This document shows positions 19,040-28,353 of a DNA stretch of 64,000 nucleotides, piece by piece. A program made the position numbers and the translations under genes. The stretch's first letter is position 1, and every line of letters begins with the position of its first letter. The stretch is taken from sequence record NC_061443.1. One strand, given 5' to 3'. Below the pieces are notes generated by a model, which worked only from the letters and a program-made list of their open reading frames with translations, was not told the DNA's origin and did no database searches.

Positions 19040-19427
19040 AGCATCTGACGCGGAAGCACGGGCGTACTTTCAGAAACAACACGAACGTGCCGAAGCCACT
19101 ATGCGAGAAATTTGGGCGTTGCGTGGCTGGACGATTCGCTGGGAATGGCACAACGGAATCTGCGATGACTGTGAGTTCCTGTTCGATGAAACAGGCAAAC
19201 AGTTGTGCCCTTATCACGATGCCATTCCTCAAGAACGTGATGTATCGTACAACCTTGAGAAGTATCGCCTCAATGTAACGTACACCAAGAAATCTGTAAA
19301 ATTGATTAACAAGCAAGATCCCAATCCAGTTGAAGGTAAAGCCGACACGTTACGTCAGGCATATCTCAATTGGTTACTTGCGATTGAAAAGCAGAAAGCT
19401 GAGGAGAAAACGTGCGCTGCGACCTGA
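19017..19427 (+). CDS. possible second ABA-sandwich-like protein
   Basis: CAGGAG RBS; LEKYRLNV...EGKADTLRQAYL parallels preceding gene. Confidence 0.45.
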   Translation: MYLPLGDKASDAEARAYFQKQHERAEATMREIWALRGWTIRWEWHNGICDDCEFLFDETGKQLCPYHDAIPQERDVSYNLEKYRLNVTYTKKSVKLINKQDPNPVEGKADTLRQAYLNWLLAIEKQKAEEKTCAAT

Positions 19428-19933
19428 AAGACCTTCCACTGGCATTAGATCAAGCTGAACACATCCTGGCGAGCGTGTTCACTCTGGCTGCTTCCTCCAA
19501 GTCTAAGCGTCGTGCGACTGCTGCGATGTTGGTGCATTTCCACAATGGCTTCCCGATGATTCTGAGTAGTGGTGTCAACGGGACAACGCCTGGCGAAAGC
19601 AATGTGATGGAAACTCCTGACTTGACGCTTTCGCTGGACACTGTGATTCATGCAGAAGTGAATTGCTTGGACCGTCTCGAAGACTACTCACTCTGGGCAG
19701 ACTTCCGTGACGTCCTGTTCTGTACAGATTCACCGTGCCCCAACTGTCTGACCGAGCTTACTACTGCTGGCGTGAAGACCGTTGTGTATGCGCGTGAGTA
19801 TCGCCTGACTGATCATCTGGACGCATCTGATATCAAGATGTTCTGTCTGGACATGAAGTCGGTTGAGCATCGTATGCTTCGCGGCATCGAGCGTATGAAC
19901 GAAGTTATCGCAACAACGCCAGCGTCTGAATAA
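19412..19933 (+). CDS. dCMP deaminase
   Basis: SSGVNGTTPG, HAE, SPCPNC zinc motif, VVYAREY. Confidence 0.88.
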   Translation: MRCDLKDLPLALDQAEHILASVFTLAASSKSKRRATAAMLVHFHNGFPMILSSGVNGTTPGESNVMETPDLTLSLDTVIHAEVNCLDRLEDYSLWADFRDVLFCTDSPCPNCLTELTTAGVKTVVYAREYRLTDHLDASDIKMFCLDMKSVEHRMLRGIERMNEVIATTPASE

Positions 19934-19954
19934 GACCAATAAGAGGTACTAACC

Positions 19955-20623
19955 GTGCAAGAGAAAATCTATCATCATGGCCTGAACAACAAAGTGTTGA
20001 CCAGAGCCGAGCAGGACGAGATGTTCCGTGAACTAAATCGTATGCAGCAAGATCGTATGCGACACTTCGCAGAGCTTCTTGCAAATGAACCACGGTTAGT
20101 GTCTCAATATCAGGGTCACAATATGTTCAACCTGTCTGCGTTTGAAGAACGTGTTCACCTTCCACTGCATACGCTGTTCACTGAACGGGGCCGTGACCCT
20201 GAGGAGCAACTCTCTCCTACGTTTCGTCATGGCGGTACTGTTCGTGGTGTTGTGCATCGCTACCCGCGCATGTCTGACAATCTACCTAAAGGTACGATTA
20301 AGTTCGATCGTTCCGAGGTGGACGTGCGTATCACTAATGAAGGGCCTAATGGCGAGGACTGGTTCCGTGCTATGGCATTCGGCCTGACTATGAACCAGAT
20401 GGGCGCCATCACGCTGGATAGCGTACCTCCTGAAGGTTCAACTATTGTTGTCGATTACAAGACAACAGGAGACCCAATCGGTCCGCAGCAAACAGGCCGT
20501 GTCAATCGTGAGCCTGTTTGGCAAAGCACCCAGCGCGACCGTGCTGCTACATCTGCTCCTGTTCGTAAGAAACTTCGTGATAAGACACGCGCACAAAAGA
20601 AAGCGCGCCGTAAACAACGCTAA
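19955..20623 (+). CDS. hypothetical protein with basic C-terminus
   Basis: GAGG RBS, GTG start. Confidence 0.6.
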   Translation: MQEKIYHHGLNNKVLTRAEQDEMFRELNRMQQDRMRHFAELLANEPRLVSQYQGHNMFNLSAFEERVHLPLHTLFTERGRDPEEQLSPTFRHGGTVRGVVHRYPRMSDNLPKGTIKFDRSEVDVRITNEGPNGEDWFRAMAFGLTMNQMGAITLDSVPPEGSTIVVDYKTTGDPIGPQQTGRVNREPVWQSTQRDRAATSAPVRKKLRDKTRAQKKARRKQR

Positions 20624-20632
20624 GGAACTATT

Positions 20633-21115
20633 GTGGATAACTTTCTGATTGACTTGAAGAACAACTTCGCTCGTGCTCTCGGCATTGACCCAAAGCTACT
20701 GGAACAATCGTCTGAACCTCAGGACACTGAGATCTTCGAAGCGATGATTAAAGAAGACCAACGCCGCGTCATTGTCGGCTTGGCCCTGTGTCACCTGCAA
20801 GTGCCTGACGATATTCGTTATGACCTGCTGCACAATCATCTGGACACGACTGAACGCTGTGTACGTGAAGCATTCGAAGAACTCGCAGCCCGCCTGGTAG
20901 TAGTCAGTGGTGCCACTGGCGGTAGTGAGAAACAAGCCGCGTCAGGAGCTGTTCGTCTTGGCCTGTTGATGAACATTCTTGGCTTCGACAACGAAACACT
21001 GAAAGGTGTACTTACCGACCCAAGCCTTTCTCGTCAGGCTGGTCTTATCGCTATGACTGGCCTGAACGATATGGGTCAGAAAATCCAACAACTGTATGAC
21101 GAGAAATCAAAATGA
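20633..21115 (+). CDS. hypothetical protein
   Basis: AAGGA RBS, helical. Confidence 0.6.
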   Translation: MDNFLIDLKNNFARALGIDPKLLEQSSEPQDTEIFEAMIKEDQRRVIVGLALCHLQVPDDIRYDLLHNHLDTTERCVREAFEELAARLVVVSGATGGSEKQAASGAVRLGLLMNILGFDNETLKGVLTDPSLSRQAGLIAMTGLNDMGQKIQQLYDEKSK

Positions 21116-21276
21116 GCAACCCGGACAATCCATTAGCAGATTACTTTAACGCTGACGCAGTTATCCCAGGTGTAGACGACGCAGAAGATCGTGTCGAAGC
21201 TATGCGTGACGGTGGCGGCGAAGTCGTTGACGAAAAAGATGCTGATGGTTGTGAAAGCGGCGCCTGCAAAATCTAA
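21112..21276 (+). CDS. 54-aa acidic peptide ending in an NrdA-type C-terminal redox tail (not in ORF track)
   Basis: MSNPDNPLADYFNADAVIPGVDDAEDRVEAMRDGGGEVVDEKDADGCESGACKI; ATGA overlap with upstream stop; fills the gap exactly. Confidence 0.8.
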   Translation: MSNPDNPLADYFNADAVIPGVDDAEDRVEAMRDGGGEVVDEKDADGCESGACKI

Positions 21277-21305
21277 TTCATGGGGCCTAGTGCCCCATTT
21301 CTGTT

Positions 21306-21857
21306 TTGGGGAAATTTATGCAAACAGCATACCGTTGTAAGCATTGCAAATACGTCCACAACGATAAAGTCAGTAGCTGTGACTGCGGCGGAAGTAAACG
21401 TTTTGAGTATACGTTGGTGCAAATCATCGACGTGCCTGAGAACGAAGAACAAGTCCCTCAGTTTAAAGATCTGCGCCACTCTCGTGACCAGCGTTATGTG
21501 AACGTTAAGAACGGCACGTATGGCAACGGCATCTATGAGCTGCGCGAGATTCGTGGTAATGTTGACGGCGATGAACGCTACTGGTGGACTAATCTGGGTA
21601 ACATGCAGAGCGGTCTGGACCGAAGCGATGTAGGCGCAAAGATTGTTGAAGACAACATGCGGGCGAACTGTGTGTTGGCTGCTGCTGGACCTGTGATGCT
21701 CGAAGCGCTCTATATGTGCTATCAGTATTTCCATCGCAAGCGCTTAGTGCAGGGCGATACGCCTAAGACTGCGCAACGCATTTCTGTCATTGCTGATGCT
21801 ATTCATCAAGGCACTGACCTGTCCGTCTTCAAAGAACCGCAAACACCAAAGGAGTGA
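21306..21857 (+). CDS. hypothetical protein with N-terminal Cys cluster
   Basis: CKHC...CDC. Confidence 0.55.
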   Translation: MGKFMQTAYRCKHCKYVHNDKVSSCDCGGSKRFEYTLVQIIDVPENEEQVPQFKDLRHSRDQRYVNVKNGTYGNGIYELREIRGNVDGDERYWWTNLGNMQSGLDRSDVGAKIVEDNMRANCVLAAAGPVMLEALYMCYQYFHRKRLVQGDTPKTAQRISVIADAIHQGTDLSVFKEPQTPKE

Positions 21858-22448
21858 GTGATGTACTATCAGCAACTGAAAGATAAACTGGCTGCATACG
21901 GTCTGGCTATCCACAACAAGCGCCAGGAAAATCGTAAGCGTCTTGCTGCCCTGCGCGTGATGCAGGACGATGCGATTCGTGGCGGACAAGTGTGGACGTC
22001 GAAAGAAAACAACGTAAACTATCAGGTACTGTTTTTGACTAACTTGTACACTGACGGTTCGATTCAGGTTGTTTTCTCTAAGCACTGGGCGTACATCTCC
22101 TCAATGCCTGCCGAAGACTTCCTCGAACAGTTCACGCATAACGGAGAGATTGATAACTCGCTACCGCCTGCGTCTGACGATCTCATGGCTATGGCAACCA
22201 ACATGTTTGGGCGCAGCACTATACGCAAGCCACAAGAGGGTGAGTATTGGTCGCGTGTTGATCGTATGCCGTCAGGCTTCGATGACGACCGTAAGCCTGT
22301 GTTCCGTGACCATAAAGTCACTATTCAGGTTCGTGGTATCGTTCACCAATCTCCTTCTCAGCCGTTTGTGCTGTACAAAGAGAATGGCGAAGACCTCGTG
22401 TTGAACATGCACCAATTCTTAAATCGCTACAGCCCGGAGCCAGAATAA
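21858..22448 (+). CDS. tandem DUF1653-like domain protein
   Basis: WTSKE..VNYQVLFLTN...VVFS and WSRVD...VLYKE...FLNRY. Confidence 0.5.
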   Translation: MMYYQQLKDKLAAYGLAIHNKRQENRKRLAALRVMQDDAIRGGQVWTSKENNVNYQVLFLTNLYTDGSIQVVFSKHWAYISSMPAEDFLEQFTHNGEIDNSLPPASDDLMAMATNMFGRSTIRKPQEGEYWSRVDRMPSGFDDDRKPVFRDHKVTIQVRGIVHQSPSQPFVLYKENGEDLVLNMHQFLNRYSPEPE

Positions 22449-22449
22449 A

Positions 22450-23097
22450 ATGTTGATTGATTTTCTGAAAGCACTTCCGGCAATCATTTTGTGTTACATC
22501 GTTTGGCGCTGGTTGCTGAACAAGCGGGACCACCATCGTCATCTGGAGCAGGCGCAGTCACAGTACAACTGTGGTCGCCTTGACAGCGGCAATGTCTGGA
22601 TTCATTTGAAGACAGGGCGCCCTTATACCATTCTGTATCTGACCAACACAGGCGTGAATAAATCCAACTGGCGCAATGATTGGGAGATCAACGTTGTATA
22701 CACCAACGATTTCGAGCAAGTTTGGAACAGGCCGTTTAGTGAGTTTTGCCATAAGTTCGCGCACGTCAGTCGCGGAGGCAATGAAGAAGACTTCTCTACG
22801 GTTCTGATGGGCATGCAGATGGTAGTCAATACTCGTCTGGTACTGCCTAAGGAAGGCGAGATGTGGTTCGAAGGTACTGTTCGTGCTACGCCGCCGGAGC
22901 TTGTTGCTCAGGGACATACACCTCAGGTCGTGTCTCAGCGCCGTGCTCGTGTTGATATGGTGCTTGGTGTAGGTGAAGCGCACCCAGTCGTTGTATATAC
23001 TGTAAATGATAAGCAGACAGCAATGCTGCTTTCGCAGTTCATCTTCATCTTCCGCAAAGAGGTTTCTTTCGATGGGACAGTCAGCTCTTGTATTTAA
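22450..23097 (+). CDS. membrane-anchored tandem DUF1653-like protein
   Basis: N-terminal hydrophobic helix; WIHLKTGRPYTILYLTN...VVY...VWNRPFSEF. Confidence 0.55.
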   Translation: MLIDFLKALPAIILCYIVWRWLLNKRDHHRHLEQAQSQYNCGRLDSGNVWIHLKTGRPYTILYLTNTGVNKSNWRNDWEINVVYTNDFEQVWNRPFSEFCHKFAHVSRGGNEEDFSTVLMGMQMVVNTRLVLPKEGEMWFEGTVRATPPELVAQGHTPQVVSQRRARVDMVLGVGEAHPVVVYTVNDKQTAMLLSQFIFIFRKEVSFDGTVSSCI

Positions 23098-23104
23098 GTA
23101 CGTG

Positions 23105-23419
23105 ATGTTCGTCCGTACGCGCAACAAAGAACAGACGGACGGCGTTCACATGCCAGTCATCTTCCCTACGCACATCATGCACTCTGACATGGGCGAAGCG
23201 ATGGTAGGCTACGCAATTCAGAACGGTATGATCGAAAACAAATACTACCAGCGCATGGACCCTGTCAGTGCAGGCTTCATCGATCTGAATGATTTACGTT
23301 GTTTCGGCGAGTCTGAATCTCTGGACCTCAAGTCGCGTGAGCAGGACAGTGAGATCATCCGTGAGTATATGAAGACTCAAGGCAAAGGAGCAGAGACACC
23401 GCCAGGAGACGACGCATGA
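23105..23419 (+). CDS. hypothetical protein
   Basis: VIFP..IMHSDM...PVSAGF; start uncertain. Confidence 0.55.
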   Translation: MFVRTRNKEQTDGVHMPVIFPTHIMHSDMGEAMVGYAIQNGMIENKYYQRMDPVSAGFIDLNDLRCFGESESLDLKSREQDSEIIREYMKTQGKGAETPPGDDA

Positions 23420-23904
23420 GCATTGCAGAAAAAGTCGATAGCGTTAACAGTCAACGCGAGTCTGAACGTAAGGCCAAAGAAGAAACTTTCATTGCAGCCT
23501 GCCAGGCGATCATTCCTAAAGTTTCAGCGGATATGGATGACCTGCTTCGGCAGTTCATTCACGAGAACGTTAATAGTGACCGCATCGTACTTGGAACTCC
23601 TAAGTACAGCATCTGCGATTACAAGTTCAAGCTGACTATCACCGTTGATTTTCATGAAAATCGTGACACGCAGTTCACGGTCGAGCTGGCACCTGATGGA
23701 CCGTTCACACTGATCAAAGATCGTGAGCGCCAACGTGCGTGGTTCCTGCGTGACATTACGTTCATGCCTTACGAAAACGCTCTCTCCGAAATGCTCTACC
23801 ATGCTGTGGAGAAATCATTCTCAGGCAAGGAGTGGCGTGATCGTTATGGTCCTAATCTCGGCTCAAACGATGTGATATTCTCTCACCTGTATCTGAGGTC
23901 TTAA
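23416..23904 (+). CDS. hypothetical protein
   Basis: AGGAG RBS, ATGA overlap. Confidence 0.6.
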   Translation: MSIAEKVDSVNSQRESERKAKEETFIAACQAIIPKVSADMDDLLRQFIHENVNSDRIVLGTPKYSICDYKFKLTITVDFHENRDTQFTVELAPDGPFTLIKDRERQRAWFLRDITFMPYENALSEMLYHAVEKSFSGKEWRDRYGPNLGSNDVIFSHLYLRS

Positions 23905-24284
23905 TGAAAGAGTTCCTGCTATCTATCTGGAACGCTCCATTCTGGGACGAACCGGTTAGCGCATTCGTTGTTCCTGCGATTGTCATCGGGTGGTTTGTGT
24001 GGACAGAGTATCGGGAGCGTCGTGCCTTGAAGCTGTCTCGTGCTGTGTTTGCCACAGGCTGGAACCCTGTGAAAGGCACGATGTATCGACATCGCTACCT
24101 GCCTTGGCGTAAGTGCCGCATGTGCTTTACGTCGAACAGTCCTAACGATAAGTTCATTCCGTCGGTCTTTATTGATATTGAACGTGGAGGCTTTGTAGAA
24201 CTGCCTGCACACATCTTCCGCTCTCGTTACAAAGAGATTGAAAATGCCAACTCCATTGATTCTTCTCAAACAGCAGACTCGTGA
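23904..24284 (+). CDS. membrane-anchored DUF1653-like protein
   Basis: hydrophobic segment then GTMYRHRY...FRSRY. Confidence 0.5.
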   Translation: MKEFLLSIWNAPFWDEPVSAFVVPAIVIGWFVWTEYRERRALKLSRAVFATGWNPVKGTMYRHRYLPWRKCRMCFTSNSPNDKFIPSVFIDIERGGFVELPAHIFRSRYKEIENANSIDSSQTADS

Positions 24285-24588
24285 TCTGCTGGTAAAGATG
24301 TTCGGCCAGAACAAGCCGTTCTTTGTAGTACGTCGGGACGCGATTGTTGAAGAAGGAAAGCGTTTCGGTGATCGTGTCTACTTCTCCAACGGCACTAACA
24401 CTGTTACCGTGCCAAACATTCAGGGGCTCGACCTCGGTGATAAGCTCTACATTGCAGAAGACGGCGATGTGTATGAGTGGCATCCTCACTTCGAGCGCCC
24501 GTACGAAGCAGTATCAAACAACCAGTCAGAAGCTCTGGCGTTTGGTCTGCATCCCATTGTTTTTCATACTGACAGTCGGAACAGCTAA
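24244..24588 (+). CDS. hypothetical protein
   Basis: coupled to thymidylate synthase. Confidence 0.5.
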   Translation: MPTPLILLKQQTRDLLVKMFGQNKPFFVVRRDAIVEEGKRFGDRVYFSNGTNTVTVPNIQGLDLGDKLYIAEDGDVYEWHPHFERPYEAVSNNQSEALAFGLHPIVFHTDSRNS

Positions 24589-25685
24589 TGTCACAACCAC
24601 TTGATCTACGCAATCCAAATCACTACGAACTGTACTCTATTCACAACGTGGACGAACAGTACATCAACCTGTGTGACGCTATTATCGCTACAGGCACGAA
24701 AGAGTCTGACCCTGAGCGCACCACCGACGAGTGGTTGACTATCATCGGTGTCGGCTTCCAGTTGCAGAACACGCACATCGCTTTCCCTGCGCTGCTTGGT
24801 GCACGTAAGAACTGGGTAGCGGCTGTCGATGAAATGTGTTGGATGGCTCGCGGTGAAACGAACATCGAATCCCTGAACTCTAAGATCTGGGATTTGTGGG
24901 CAGACGAATCTGGAGACTGCGGTCCTATCTACGGTGAGCAGTGGCGCCGTTGGCCTGACGTCAAAGCCTTCTTCGACTACACGCAGCCTATGGCATCTTG
25001 CCCTACTGCGGAAGTTATTCGTGCGCGTAATGAAATCCTGCGTATGCGTGAAGACGGCTACATCGAAACTGAACTGACTGATGGTCGCATTCTGTTTGAA
25101 GGTCAGATTGACCAGTTCGTTAATGCTCTGTACCAGATTCAGGCTCGCTCCCGTTCGCGCCGCATCCGTGTTCAGGCGTTCAACCCAAGCTATGTGAACA
25201 TGCAGGGTCTGCCTCCATGCCACACTGAGTTTGAGTTCAACGTAACGAAAGCTACTCGCTACGAACAAGCTCAGGCAGAAGCGCGTGGACAAGCTGTTGC
25301 CGAAGACAGCCTGCACATCACTGTCCAACTCCGTTCCAATGATTGTCTACTCGGACGCCCGTTCAACATCATGGGCTACAGCGCCATGCACCAGATGATC
25401 GCTAAGTGGGCGGGTCTAAACGTCGGCGGCTTCACGCTCAACTCTACCAACACGCATATGTATACGCACCACATCGAAGCGTATCAGACGCAACGTGCCC
25501 AGTGGATGACGCTACGCGAGCGTATGCAGAAAACGGGTGAGCCTGTTAAATACCCTGTGCTCGAAATCAGTGACGACATTCTTGGCCTGACGCCAGAGCA
25601 GTTGCTCGATAACGCGAACGCAGATTGGTTCGAGCTGGTGGACTACAATCCAATGCCAGCAGTAAAAGGACGTGTGACCAAATGA
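24588..25685 (+). CDS. thyA: thymidylate synthase (ThyA type)
   Basis: EMCWMARG, IWDLWAD..GDCGPIYGEQWR, SRRI, LPPCH, QLRSND.LLGRPFN, HMYTHH. Confidence 0.93.
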   Translation: MSQPLDLRNPNHYELYSIHNVDEQYINLCDAIIATGTKESDPERTTDEWLTIIGVGFQLQNTHIAFPALLGARKNWVAAVDEMCWMARGETNIESLNSKIWDLWADESGDCGPIYGEQWRRWPDVKAFFDYTQPMASCPTAEVIRARNEILRMREDGYIETELTDGRILFEGQIDQFVNALYQIQARSRSRRIRVQAFNPSYVNMQGLPPCHTEFEFNVTKATRYEQAQAEARGQAVAEDSLHITVQLRSNDCLLGRPFNIMGYSAMHQMIAKWAGLNVGGFTLNSTNTHMYTHHIEAYQTQRAQWMTLRERMQKTGEPVKYPVLEISDDILGLTPEQLLDNANADWFELVDYNPMPAVKGRVTK

Positions 25686-26335
25686 ACAAGAATAACATCA
25701 TGCTGATCGAACGTGTCAGCTCTTACATGTACGTCGGCTTTGCAGAAAACATCCCAGACATTCCTCGTCGTGGTGTTGAGAAGTTCGAAGTGCTGATTCC
25801 TGACGGCCGTGATGGTGAGAACGACCCGATTCTTCAAATGACGGCGCGCTGCATCTATCACCTGCCACACAACTGCTTCCTAATCAGCATTGCAGAAGGT
25901 ACCGAAGGCCACGAGTACCCTACGTTGATGAAGTCCCACTGCAAGTACAACATGGAACAGTTCCTGCGTTCTGGTCACGGCCGTGAGAAGATTGCTGTTA
26001 AGCAGATTCTGGATGAATTGCATGATGCAGAAGTGCAGCATCCTCAATGGCCAGAAGAAGCGATTCATGCTGCGTCAATCGTCACCGAAGAAGCTGGAGA
26101 GTTGCTGCGCGACTGTGCCACCTTTGAAGAAAACGGTGACCAGCGTCTGATCATTAACATGCTCGGCGAAGCTACGCAGGTCGGCGCAATGGCAGTTCGC
26201 TTTATGAAGAACCTGCCTACGTCCCAGCGTCGTACTATCCCTAACAACGCACTGCGCTCAATCCTGGATTCTGATCTAACTCCAGAGCAACAACTGATTG
26301 AAGTGCGTCGCCTGATGAATGACGGAGTTCAGTAA
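25682..26335 (+). CDS. protein with C-terminal MazG-like nucleotide pyrophosphatase domain
   Basis: IVTEEAGELL...EATQVGAMAVRF. Confidence 0.6.
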   Translation: MNKNNIMLIERVSSYMYVGFAENIPDIPRRGVEKFEVLIPDGRDGENDPILQMTARCIYHLPHNCFLISIAEGTEGHEYPTLMKSHCKYNMEQFLRSGHGREKIAVKQILDELHDAEVQHPQWPEEAIHAASIVTEEAGELLRDCATFEENGDQRLIINMLGEATQVGAMAVRFMKNLPTSQRRTIPNNALRSILDSDLTPEQQLIEVRRLMNDGVQ

Positions 26336-27225
26336 TGCGCTTACTCTCATACGGAGCATGTGGCGGTACACCCTTTCGTCGTCTGGTAGTTAAAGATGAT
26401 GGGCATTTTGAAGTCGGCGTTCATCCTAAGATTGAAGCGTTCGGCTGTGTGTTCACTAATGTTAACGTTGGTCGTATCGCTGACGACGCCGTTGAGTTCG
26501 ACCTGCCTGATTCAAGTGACTGGTCTATCGACATGGCCGACTACTTCCTGTCTCCTGAATACAAGCAGTGGGTAGGTGGTCATACTCCGCGTATCGAAAC
26601 GATGCTGGATGCGCACGTCATCAAAGGCAAGCTGCCTACTTTAGTTCAGGACTATGATGCGTTCTACGCTGACCTACAGCGGAAGATTAATGCACTCAAT
26701 CTGACTGACATTGTGTTTGAGCATAATGCGATCAAGCAGACTAACCTAAGCCAAAAGTTCGACGTGTGGATGCTGTACAAGTACAACCTGATGCTTGACG
26801 GTAAGATCTCTGTTACTCGTTCGAACGTCGGCGAGCTGGTCTTCCAGGAAGACTTCATCTCCGAAAAAGGAACCACGTGGTGGCTGCGCGAGCACAACAA
26901 AGTTCTGATGGAGCTGGCGGCACGACATGACATGCTGGCTGCATTCATTACGTTCGGCGTGTCCCACCGCAATGAGCGTGAGTTCTTCTACTCGTTCATC
27001 ACGAAGGAGGGCGATCAAACGCAGCGTCCTGTTGAGGCCTCAGAGTTCATTCATATGTCCGTTCACGGCCAGTTTCCCGAACTGGTCATCACTGATCGCG
27101 GTAAGGACTACAATCTGGCGGTCAACTATCGACAGTTCTTCCCGGAGTCCTATCACGCGCTGAAAGGTGCCGTCAACATCACAGTCGGCAGTAACTTCGC
27201 ACTGAATCTCTTGCGCTTTATCTGA
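26335..27225 (+). CDS. hypothetical protein
   Basis: 296 aa, TAATG coupling. Confidence 0.65.
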   Translation: MRLLSYGACGGTPFRRLVVKDDGHFEVGVHPKIEAFGCVFTNVNVGRIADDAVEFDLPDSSDWSIDMADYFLSPEYKQWVGGHTPRIETMLDAHVIKGKLPTLVQDYDAFYADLQRKINALNLTDIVFEHNAIKQTNLSQKFDVWMLYKYNLMLDGKISVTRSNVGELVFQEDFISEKGTTWWLREHNKVLMELAARHDMLAAFITFGVSHRNEREFFYSFITKEGDQTQRPVEASEFIHMSVHGQFPELVITDRGKDYNLAVNYRQFFPESYHALKGAVNITVGSNFALNLLRFI

Positions 27226-27231
27226 CGGCCA

Positions 27232-27269
27232 GAGTCTCTCAGTAATTTATGTTTCAACAAGGGAGACTC
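27232..27269 (+). promoter_or_regulatory. hairpin with TAATTT in loop and RBS in 3' arm
   Basis: GAGTCTCTC-agTAATTTatgtttcaacaa-GGGAGACTC, ATG at 27273. Confidence 0.6.
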
Positions 27270-27272
27270 GCC

Positions 27273-27608
27273 ATGCAATATGATAAGACGAAAGACTATC
27301 AGCCGTTCCGTTATCTGGGTACACCTAAACTACCCAGCGTAGGATTCATCGCAAGCACTGTCACACTCGTCGAGAATGAAGTTCTAATCGGCCATGACGA
27401 GTGTGAGTTCGTGTTCACTGTGGAGCAGATGAATACTATGGACAGAGGTACCGTAACGTTCCGTGCGAAAGATATGGGCGGCGGTATCACGATAAAGAAA
27501 TGCTCCGTCTCTGGATTGAAAATGGTAATTAAGCTGGAACGACGTGTTGTGCAGTACGGCAAAGTTCAAGTCGAATGGCACTCCACCAGCCGTAAATATC
27601 TTTATTAA
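27273..27608 (+). CDS. hypothetical beta-rich protein
   Basis: GGGAG RBS. Confidence 0.6.
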   Translation: MQYDKTKDYQPFRYLGTPKLPSVGFIASTVTLVENEVLIGHDECEFVFTVEQMNTMDRGTVTFRAKDMGGGITIKKCSVSGLKMVIKLERRVVQYGKVQVEWHSTSRKYLY

Positions 27609-27650
27609 TCTGTAAAGACAGAGAAAGAGCAACCACAAGAGATACGACTA

Positions 27651-28352
27651 ATGGCAAAAATTGCTAAAACAAAGGAAGGGAAAAAGAGCCACGCGATGAA
27701 GATTGACTTGACGAAATTCAAGACAGCTTCACAACTGAAAGGCGCTGACTATAACCCACGCTTCATTACAGATAGCCGACTTAAAGCACTCGAAAGTTCT
27801 TTGGGTAGCTTCGGCGATTTGTCTGGTATCGTGTTCAACAACAGCGTGAAGTCTGGCGTTCTTGTCTCTGGCCACCAGCGTTTGAAATCCATTGACGGGT
27901 GGAAGACGCGTATTGAAATTCAGAAGACGACTGATAAGTACGGCACTATCGGTCTGGGCTACATCCACGCAACGCATCCGAAGAAGCCTGAGAAGGTTAT
28001 CAGTATCCCGCTTCGTATCGTTAACTGGACGGACAAGAAAACCGAGTATGCTGCGAACATCGCGGCGAACGCTCATGGCGGTGAGTTCGATAACAAGAAA
28101 CTCGCCAAGCTGGTTGAGAAGCTGGACTTGACAACTATCAAGCCACAGTTGCTTGGCCTTGACCCGTTAGAAATTCGTGGGCTGCAACAAAAGCTGAAAG
28201 GTCAGGCTGCCGTTGTCACTCAAGAGCGAGCAGGTAAGACTACAGGCCAGATGAACGGCAGTAGTGGTTCGTTCAAAGAGTACGGCACTGACGAAGTTGG
28301 TGAGAGCCTGAACTGCACCTGCCCGCGTTGTGGATTTAAGTTCGAGGGATAA
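27651..28352 (+). CDS. ParB/sulfiredoxin-like domain protein with C-terminal zinc ribbon
   Basis: DYNPR, FGDLSGIVFN, VSGHQRLK, ANIAANAHGGEFD, CTCPRCGFKF. Confidence 0.8.
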   Translation: MAKIAKTKEGKKSHAMKIDLTKFKTASQLKGADYNPRFITDSRLKALESSLGSFGDLSGIVFNNSVKSGVLVSGHQRLKSIDGWKTRIEIQKTTDKYGTIGLGYIHATHPKKPEKVISIPLRIVNWTDKKTEYAANIAANAHGGEFDNKKLAKLVEKLDLTTIKPQLLGLDPLEIRGLQQKLKGQAAVVTQERAGKTTGQMNGSSGSFKEYGTDEVGESLNCTCPRCGFKFEG

Positions 28353-28353
28353 T

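Noticed and set aside
24588-25685. Possible dCMP hydroxymethylase
   Set aside because: Has Asn (PFN) at the specificity position, not Asp.
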